In this document: positions 26,141 through 32,000 of the stretch, in pieces
Position numbering within the stretch: the stretch's first letter is position 1
Layout: each line of letters opens with the position of its first letter
Source: Candidatus Lokiarchaeum ossiferum
Lineage (GTDB): Archaea > Asgardarchaeota > Lokiarchaeia > Sigyniarchaeales > Promethearchaeaceae
NCBI GenBank assembly: GCA_025839675.1
Contig: CP104013.1
Coordinates: 3,930,001-3,962,000 of the forward strand
Length of the DNA stretch: 32,000 bases
Direction of reading: 5' to 3'
The notes under the pieces: model-generated
Told to the model about the DNA's origin: nothing
Databases searched by the model: none
Seen by the model: the letters and a program-made list of their open reading frames with translations, nothing else
Program-made: the position numbers and the translations under genes

Positions 26141-26695
26141 TTATTTCACATCTGGAGAGAGAATAAAGTCTGGAATTCGGGCTTGAATTTTAGCCATAAC
26201 TTGAGTCGCTTCTTCTACAACAATTCTTCCATTACCAATAATATCAATAAATCCGAGTTCTTGGTCATAACGAGGAACTACATGTACATGAATATGTTTA
26301 ATGCTGGCTCCTGCAAAATTTCCTTGATTATACCCCACATTGAATCCTGAAGGGGAAAAAATGGCTCGTAACATTTTTTGACAATAGATAACAACTTCAA
26401 AAATTCGTTCTCGTTCTATTTTAGTTAGATCCTCGAATTTCTCTACATGTCGAGTTGGAATAACCATTAAATGTCCAGGATTATACGGATACAAATTTAG
26501 GGATATAAATAATAATTCTTCTTGATAAACTTTCAATGCTGTCACACGCGAGTCATTCTCTCTTACAGCACATAAAATGCATTCAACTTTCTTGCTCTGA
26601 TCTTTAACATAATCCAGTTTTCCAATCGCATGTAAATGATTTGAAAAAAGCACTTTTTCCCGTTCTTCTTGCGACATCTTGCATCCTTCTGACAA
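26141..26695 (-). CDS. HIT (histidine triad) family nucleotide hydrolase/transferase, Ap4A-phosphorylase-like branch
   Basis: 184 aa. It has the histidine triad KHIHVHVVPRY, the CILC zinc motif, and LNLYPYNPGHLMVIPTRH, typical of the ATP adenylyltransferase/Ap4A phosphorylase-like HIT subgroup. Confidence 0.8.
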   Translation of the reverse strand: MSEGCKMSQEEREKVLFSNHLHAIGKLDYVKDQSKKVECILCAVRENDSRVTALKVYQEELLFISLNLYPYNPGHLMVIPTRHVEKFEDLTKIERERIFEVVIYCQKMLRAIFSPSGFNVGYNQGNFAGASIKHIHVHVVPRYDQELGFIDIIGNGRIVVEEATQVMAKIQARIPDFILSPDVK

Positions 26696-26707
26696 CTTTT
26701 TCTTTAT

Positions 26708-27232
26708 TTAAGTAAACATTGAATTAGAAAAACCCATATCTCCAACATCTTTTATCGATTTGTTTTTTGGAATAACGCCTGACATCATTTCATTCACAGT
26801 CATATTCATTAAGACCGCTGCATTGAAAACTTTCCGAATGGCAATATAGAATGCATTTTCTGTGAGACCATCGGGGAAAATGTTTTCGAGAATGATATAT
26901 CGGGCATTTTTTGGATCGAGATTGTAGAGGAGATTTTGTGTAAGCATGTACTTCTTAAACATCATGAAGAAATTCATTATACCGTTCACATTTTTCTTTG
27001 TAATGGCTTCCACATGTTGTTTTGCAATTTGAGTGGCAATTTGGATCGAAATTGCTTTAGTTTCTTTTGGTTTGATAATCATAATTCGCATAGGCTTAGG
27101 GGAACGGGGGGGGTAGTTTAGTTCATATCCAAATTCTAATTTTGGATTTTCTGGGACTTTCTTCCCAAGAATACCCTCGTCTATTGCATAATCTCGGATT
27201 TTTTCTTCAAGGGCAGATCGGTTCGTTGGCAT
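26708..27232 (-). CDS. hypothetical protein (resembles archaeal DUF2299 / YbjN-like family)
   Basis: 174 aa and soluble. The pattern EEKIRDYAIDEGILGKKVPENPKLEFGYELNYP ... MRIMIIKPKETKAISIQ matches my recollection of DUF2299. This is unverified. Confidence 0.35.
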   Translation of the reverse strand: MPTNRSALEEKIRDYAIDEGILGKKVPENPKLEFGYELNYPPRSPKPMRIMIIKPKETKAISIQIATQIAKQHVEAITKKNVNGIMNFFMMFKKYMLTQNLLYNLDPKNARYIILENIFPDGLTENAFYIAIRKVFNAAVLMNMTVNEMMSGVIPKNKSIKDVGDMGFSNSMFT

Positions 27233-27328
27233 GTACTTAAAAAAGAAGTAAAGAAAAATAAGCCTTTTCCATTTTTTAGTTAGAATAGGAAAATAAGGCT
27301 TTTATTCTTCAAAAAAAATGAACATCAT

Positions 27329-28162
27329 ATGACCGAAGAAGAAATAATAGTCGAAAATGATCAAAACGAAGAAACTCGAATTCAATTAAAAATCAAATCT
27401 AAAATCGCTTATATAACAATCAACACAAAAATGAATACCATTAATATAGATGTTGCGAAATTGCTTGTGAAACGACTACGAGAAGCAGAAGAAAATCCAA
27501 AAGTTAGTTGTGTGGTCTTGAAATCAGAAGGGGAATCGGTTTTTTCAGCAGGTTTTGATCTTGCCTTATTTGCAAATGGATTAAACCAAGAAGTTGTGGA
27601 TAATATTTTAAGCCATGGAAGAGAGATTTCACGAACAATTTTCTTTATGAAGAAGCCCGTTATTGCTCAAATCCAAGGGAAAACCATCGGTTTGGGATGT
27701 ATTATTGCATTATCTTGCGATTTTCGTTTTGTGGCCAATAAACCCGATATTTTTTTCCAACTTCCTGAAATCGATTTGAAGATTTTTCCCGCAACAGGCC
27801 CTACTGCGATGTCACTGCATGTTTTAGGACCCGTTCACGCTAAAGAAATGCTTTTAACTGGAAAAAAAGTTCCCCTCGAACAATTTGATAGATGGGGTGG
27901 AGTTACCGAACTTGTTGAGCCAGAATTATTGGGTAAAACAGTGAAAAAATTTGCTCGATCTTTAACACAAAAACCAACAGAATTATTGCATTTGGTCAAA
28001 CCTGCTATTAATATTATGGCATACAATAAGGCAAAGGATTGGTATGATATGGAAAATGAAATGGCTCGTCATTATTTTGATGGATTCTTCGAAAATCCGC
28101 GAGATGAAATTGATGCTTTTATTGACAAAATGTGGAAAAAATATGGCTTCGGCCGGCCCTAA
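27329..28162 (+). CDS. enoyl-CoA hydratase/isomerase (crotonase) family protein
   Basis: 277 aa. It has VFSAGFDL, the oxyanion-hole region GKTIGLGCIIALSCDFRF and LPEIDLKIFPATG. The Glu in AKEMLLTG is at the position of the second catalytic Glu. Confidence 0.8.
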   Translation: MTEEEIIVENDQNEETRIQLKIKSKIAYITINTKMNTINIDVAKLLVKRLREAEENPKVSCVVLKSEGESVFSAGFDLALFANGLNQEVVDNILSHGREISRTIFFMKKPVIAQIQGKTIGLGCIIALSCDFRFVANKPDIFFQLPEIDLKIFPATGPTAMSLHVLGPVHAKEMLLTGKKVPLEQFDRWGGVTELVEPELLGKTVKKFARSLTQKPTELLHLVKPAINIMAYNKAKDWYDMENEMARHYFDGFFENPRDEIDAFIDKMWKKYGFGRP

Positions 28163-28203
28163 GTTTCCAAATTTTTTTATCTTTTCCAATTTTTATCTTT
28201 CTT

Positions 28204-28818
28204 ATGAAATTAGTGCTTGGCTCTTCGAGCAGAGATCGAAAGAAATGTTTTGAACGAGCAAATTTATCATTTGAAATTATTCCAAGTAATTTTGACGAGT
28301 CTATGATTATAAATGATGATCCAATTGTTTTAGTAAAAGATCTTGCATTGAAGAAGGCTCGTAATGTTCTTCAACTATGGAATGATCACTATTCAAAAAA
28401 TAAAGAACCTGCTATTATAATAGGAGCCGACACGATGGTTTTTTATGATGGAAAACTAATTGGAAAACCAAAGGATAAGCAAGATGCTTTTAGGATCATT
28501 TCAAATCTTTCTGGCCAATATCACGACATTTATACTGGAGTAGCAATCATACAGTCTGAAACGTTGCAACAAGAAGTGTTTGTTGATCATTCACGCATTC
28601 ATTTTCAACAACTTGAACCTTCTGAAATTTGGGACTATCTTAATCTAAAAGATGAGTTCACTGGTAGAGCGGGTGCATATTCACTACGAGATCGGGCCAG
28701 TTTATTTATTGATGAGATTCAAGGCTCCCCTACTAATGTTATAGGACTACCTATGGCGAAATTACGGCGAATATTGAAAAACTTTGGTGTTAATTTGTTA
28801 AACTATAACACCGAATGA
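28204..28818 (+). CDS. maf: Maf-like nucleoside triphosphate pyrophosphatase
   Basis: MKLVLGSSSRDRKKCFERANLSFEIIPSNFDES, IIGADTMV, IGKPKD, GRAGAYS and SPTNVIGLP are canonical Maf motifs. I chose the ATG at 28204 rather than the track start at 28132, which overlaps the crotonase gene and adds a hydrophobic non-Maf leader. Confidence 0.85.
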   Translation: MKLVLGSSSRDRKKCFERANLSFEIIPSNFDESMIINDDPIVLVKDLALKKARNVLQLWNDHYSKNKEPAIIIGADTMVFYDGKLIGKPKDKQDAFRIISNLSGQYHDIYTGVAIIQSETLQQEVFVDHSRIHFQQLEPSEIWDYLNLKDEFTGRAGAYSLRDRASLFIDEIQGSPTNVIGLPMAKLRRILKNFGVNLLNYNTE

Positions 28819-28858
28819 TTTATTTTCCCTTTGGCAAATTTTTATCTAGGGAAAAACA

Positions 28859-29215
28859 ATGGGAAGAAGAAAATCTCAGTCGAAAGAGCGATGGGATGTT
28901 GCTCGAATTCTTGCTTTAATCGGCGCCTTATTAGCTTTAGCGGGCTTTGCTATTGGAATTTATACTTCCGCTAGCAATCAAGCATGGTTGGATGTTTTAT
29001 ACCAATTAATTGGAATTGTGATATCAATTTTAGTGCTAATTCAAGTTGAAATCGTGAAAACAAAATTGGATGTTCCTTTTAAGTGGTGGATGTTATTAAT
29101 TTTTGTCTGTGTTCAAGCAGCCATGGCTGGAATTACGGTTTACATGAATCTTGCAGGATTGGGGGTTCTCCTTGAAGTGGTAGCGGTGATCCTTCTATTG
29201 ATTAATGCCCTTTGA
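28859..29215 (+). CDS. small hypothetical integral membrane protein
   Basis: 118 aa with a basic N-terminus and 3-4 hydrophobic helices. T9 follows the stop directly. Confidence 0.5.
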   Translation: MGRRKSQSKERWDVARILALIGALLALAGFAIGIYTSASNQAWLDVLYQLIGIVISILVLIQVEIVKTKLDVPFKWWMLLIFVCVQAAMAGITVYMNLAGLGVLLEVVAVILLLINAL

Positions 29216-29273
29216 ACTTTTTTTTCTTTAAAACTTCAATATACTTTCTTAATTGCACAAAGACATTATTATA

Positions 29274-29498
29274 TTAGAATATGTAAAAACTCTGGCAAAT
29301 GAATTTCAATTCTTCACTTTTGCACCTGCTTGAACAACTATTTTCCAACTGAATTTTAACTTTTCCGCACATATGGCATTCGATCTCAACAAAAATTGGA
29401 AAAATTTTCAAAATATTCGAAAAATAAGGACATTGTTGACATTTGGTCAACATACCATATAGATTTTTATCTATCGGGAATGATTCAGATAACACCAT
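29274..29498 (-). CDS. possible small zinc-ribbon protein
   Basis: 74 aa. CQQC and CHMC pairs are separated by 21 residues. It is the only ORF in an otherwise empty 422-nt gap. No other support. Confidence 0.25.
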   Translation of the reverse strand: MVLSESFPIDKNLYGMLTKCQQCPYFSNILKIFPIFVEIECHMCGKVKIQLENSCSSRCKSEELKFICQSFYIF

Positions 29499-29637
29499 AT
29501 AATGTTATGATGATTTTATAGATATTTTAATGGTCATTTTTACAATAAAACCAGAAAACTATCAGAATGGTGATTGGAATTTTTCTGATCTTTTCGATTC
29601 ATATCGATACATTCAATTTTTTTTAATTCAACACATA

Positions 29638-30330
29638 TTAATTTCGCTGTAAATGCCCTCGAATAAAATTTCTTACTGAATCTTTTCCCTTAATTATTCC
29701 AAAATGTCCTTCACATAAGATATCTGCTTCTAAAGCAAGAATCTTCTTCATGGAAATTTTCCAATCTTGAATATTGGAATTAAATTCTGGTAAAAATGGA
29801 CCATGGATGTCTTGTCCAAACAATATTTTAGTGTTATTGCCTTCATTCAAAACAATTGATATGGATCCTGGAGTATGTCCCGGAGTATGAAATACTTCAA
29901 ATGATTTTACACCCAATTTCAATTTTTCTTTATCATTTCGAATAACATGAGAGATTTTTACAGGAATATATCCTTCACCATACCAATTTGCTGCGGTTAG
30001 ATTTTCGGTATTGGGCGCTCCTTGAATTGCTGGGGCATCCCAATCATGAGCATGGATTTTCATTTTTGGAAAGATTTCTTTTAATTGGTGTGCAGCCCCA
30101 GCATGATCATAGTGGCAATGGGTCAAAATTAAATCAGAAATTTCATTATTTGCTAAAGGAGTTTTCTGAATGTTCTCCAGCAAAATAGATGCATTTTTCG
30201 TTCCGGCATCTATTAAACATATTTGATTCGAATCAATTTTGATCGCATACACACAGCAATCTCCGCTTCCAGAAATATCATCGGATCCTATAAGATAAAC
30301 ATCCTTTGAAACTTTAATCGGATCTTTCAT
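29638..30330 (-). CDS. MBL-fold metallo-hydrolase
   Basis: 230 aa. It has the metal motif LTHCHYDHAG (HxHxDH), a later HTPGHTPGS and a C-terminal CEGH. Confidence 0.85.
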   Translation of the reverse strand: MKDPIKVSKDVYLIGSDDISGSGDCCVYAIKIDSNQICLIDAGTKNASILLENIQKTPLANNEISDLILTHCHYDHAGAAHQLKEIFPKMKIHAHDWDAPAIQGAPNTENLTAANWYGEGYIPVKISHVIRNDKEKLKLGVKSFEVFHTPGHTPGSISIVLNEGNNTKILFGQDIHGPFLPEFNSNIQDWKISMKKILALEADILCEGHFGIIKGKDSVRNFIRGHLQRN

Positions 30331-30462
30331 ACAAATATAAAAGACAACAATTCTAAAGAATTTTGATCAAATTTCAATAAACTCTTAGAAAACAAAATTT
30401 TTTCAGTTAGGTGTTTATTTATATGATTAGACTAATATTTATCAAAACAACGACGAACTCCT

Positions 30463-31323
30463 ATGGCATTAAATTCTAAAAAAAATAAAAATTATGCATT
30501 ACACTCGGATTTTGAGGATGAAAGTGAACGTGTAATGTTAACAATGAGTGATTCTACCGAACTTCTCATTCTAAGAACTTATGCTCCCGTTGCTTCTCGT
30601 AATGGTTTTACTATTCTTATGATTGCCGGATGGGGTAGTATCGTGCCTGGATGGAATGGTTTCCTAGATGAAGCGCGAGATGATTTTGATCTGGTCTATC
30701 TTGAAACTCGTGAAAAAGCATCTAGCACTCTAACAAAAAATTCCGTTCGGGGAAGTATTGAGCGTTTATCTTCAGATTTGCAAGAAGTTATTGAATTATT
30801 GAAACTGGATCAGAAGAGTTTAATATTATTTGGTTCATGTATGGGGGCAAATATCATTGCCGATGGTTTGGTTCAAGAAAAATTTGATGCCCACAAAAGT
30901 ATTTTGCTTGGACCTCAGCCCAAATGGCCTATACCAAAAATATCAAAGGTTCTTCTTCCATTATTACCTAAACGCTCTTTGACTTTAATAAAACCATTTT
31001 TAAAATACTGGGTTGTTCATACACAATGTGATACTGAGGAAACTGCAGCTAAATATGCCCGAGTGCTTGATGAAGCAAGTAGTAAGAAGTGGCATCATGT
31101 CGGAAAACCCATCGCCTTCGATGATTATACGGAAATGTATTCGAAAGTGTCAAAACCTGTAGTTATTGTTGTTGAGGAAGGGGACAAAACCCATATTCCT
31201 GAGGATACCCTCGCAATCGCAAACTCAATTAAAAATTCTGAGATAGTATATATGGAAAGTAATAAAGTTGCCCACTCGGAAAGGATGGTAGTTAAAATCC
31301 GGGAAATACTTAATCTTCCATAA
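30463..31323 (+). CDS. alpha/beta-hydrolase fold protein with Cys in the nucleophile elbow (dienelactone-hydrolase-like chemistry possible)
   Basis: 286 aa. The order of elements fits the fold. The elbow is LFGSCMGAN (G-S-C-M-G, Cys codon 30838-30840). A candidate catalytic His lies near the C-terminus (NKVAHSE). Confidence 0.6.
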   Translation: MALNSKKNKNYALHSDFEDESERVMLTMSDSTELLILRTYAPVASRNGFTILMIAGWGSIVPGWNGFLDEARDDFDLVYLETREKASSTLTKNSVRGSIERLSSDLQEVIELLKLDQKSLILFGSCMGANIIADGLVQEKFDAHKSILLGPQPKWPIPKISKVLLPLLPKRSLTLIKPFLKYWVVHTQCDTEETAAKYARVLDEASSKKWHHVGKPIAFDDYTEMYSKVSKPVVIVVEEGDKTHIPEDTLAIANSIKNSEIVYMESNKVAHSERMVVKIREILNLP

Positions 31324-31564
31324 ATAACAAACTCAATTTTTAATATTTTTTGAGTAATAGGTTTTTTTCCACTTTTTCAAGATTTTTATTTATAGAAAAA
31401 TTTAATTGTCAAATGATCATCTATTTAAATAGGGAACTATTGTTTATTTGGGATTTCTTCCAATTCGATAGTTTCTTCATAGGATGCATTTCTACCTAGT
31501 AGATAGGAAGAGTATATGTAGACTACATCTTAAATTTTAATATAATCGAGGCTTATCCAAACTC

Positions 31565-32000
31565 ATGCAAGAATTGCAGCTTTCAACAAAAATTCTCTTT
31601 GAAGATGAATGTGAAAAACAATACGTTGTAATGGATGATGGTACGCAATTACTTGCAATGCGTTCAATTGCTCCAAAAGAAACTCGAAATGGGCATACCC
31701 TTTTAATGGTCCCTGGATGGGGGACTTTACCGCTTTCTTGGAAAGGATTTATTGAAGAAGCACGAAAAGATTTTGATTTTATTTATTTTGAGACTCGAGA
31801 AAAAGCTTCAAGTATTTTACCAAAAAAAGCGGAACGCGGTGGCATTCAACGTTTGTCGACAGATCTCGCCATTGCAATAGAACAATTAGATCTAGATCAA
31901 GATAAACTCATCCTTGTTGGAAGTTGTATGGGTGCTAATCTCATTGCTGATGGTTTAGCTTATGATAAATATGCTCCTAAAGAATCGTTTTTAATTGGCC
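31565..32000 (+). CDS. alpha/beta-hydrolase paralogue of 30463..31323 (3' end beyond the window)
   Basis: This ORF is not in the supplied track. My translation from the ATG at 31565 gives MQELQLSTKILFEDECEKQYVVMDDGTQLLAMRSIAPKETRNGHTLLMVPGWG...FETREKASS...LILVGSCMGANLIADGL. It is open to the window end and collinear with the upstream gene, roughly half the residues identical by eye, with the same GSCMG elbow (Cys codon 31925-31927). Confidence 0.7.
   Translation, partial: MQELQLSTKILFEDECEKQYVVMDDGTQLLAMRSIAPKETRNGHTLLMVPGWGTLPLSWKGFIEEARKDFDFIYFETREKASSILPKKAERGGIQRLSTDLAIAIEQLDLDQDKLILVGSCMGANLIADGLAYDKYAPKESFLIG

Noticed and set aside
27233-27328. Imperfect palindrome (aagccttttcc ... ggaaaataaggctt) in the divergent region between the DUF2299-like gene and the crotonase gene as a possible operator
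   Set aside because: Pairing needs a 3-nt bulge and is mostly A/T. It cannot be distinguished from chance without comparative data.
28146-28160. GC-only palindrome ggccggcc at the 3' end of the crotonase gene, an outlier in A/T-rich DNA
   Set aside because: It simply encodes the C-terminal Phe-Gly-Arg-Pro of the ORF. There is no flanking symmetry and no repeat elsewhere in the window.
28132-28203. 24-codon N-terminal extension of the Maf ORF, overlapping the crotonase 3' end
   Set aside because: Maf proteins begin directly with the (I/L)LAS/GSSS motif found after the ATG at 28204. The extension is a Phe/Ile-rich read-through of the intergenic T-rich DNA.
1-32000. CRISPR arrays, tRNA genes and rRNA genes
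   Set aside because: I saw no regularly spaced direct repeats. No intergenic segment has cloverleaf-compatible GC-rich arms or a T-loop GTTCRANYC motif. Nothing resembles rRNA. Intergenic regions other than the IS flank are uniformly A/T-rich.

Overview
AT-rich prokaryotic chromosome segment, roughly one third GC by eye. Asn/Lys/Ile-rich proteins, oligo-T tracts directly after stop codons and GGAG/GGTGA-type ribosome-binding sites fit an AT-rich archaeon, possibly Asgard/Lokiarchaeia-like, but taxonomy cannot be settled from this window. I found no rRNA, tRNA or CRISPR array. Layout: (1) 724-8557 (-) is a tightly packed tryptophan operon, trpD / fused trpC-trpF-trpB / trpA / trpE / trpG, ending in a type I-beta DAHP synthase. 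(2) 9.0-12.9 kb holds an Eis-like GNAT, a STAS-like protein, a hemolysin-III/PAQR membrane protein, a bactofilin-like beta-helix protein and a small membrane protein. (3) 13.0-14.8 kb is a visibly GC-richer IS110-family element. Its transposase is split by a frameshift, and a structured ~300-nt non-coding region lies upstream of it. (4) 15.3-21.3 kb is the most interesting block. An SDR plus a stand-alone E2-like acyltransferase are transcribed divergently from a four-gene operon: two paralogous Cys-containing 'activase-associated' (DUF2229-like) proteins, a BcrAD/BadFG-type ATP-dependent electron-transfer activase, and a metal-dependent TIM-barrel enzyme. This looks like an uncharacterised ATP-driven low-potential redox system. 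(5) 21.3-27.2 kb (-) is a co-directional run of a DUF2299-like protein, a HIT protein, a 1183-aa helical/TPR protein and a zinc-ribbon protein with a Trp stripe. (6) 27.3-32.0 kb holds a crotonase, Maf, a membrane protein, an MBL hydrolase and two tandem alpha/beta-hydrolase paralogues with Cys in the nucleophile elbow. All family calls rest on motif recognition by eye. No database search was run.
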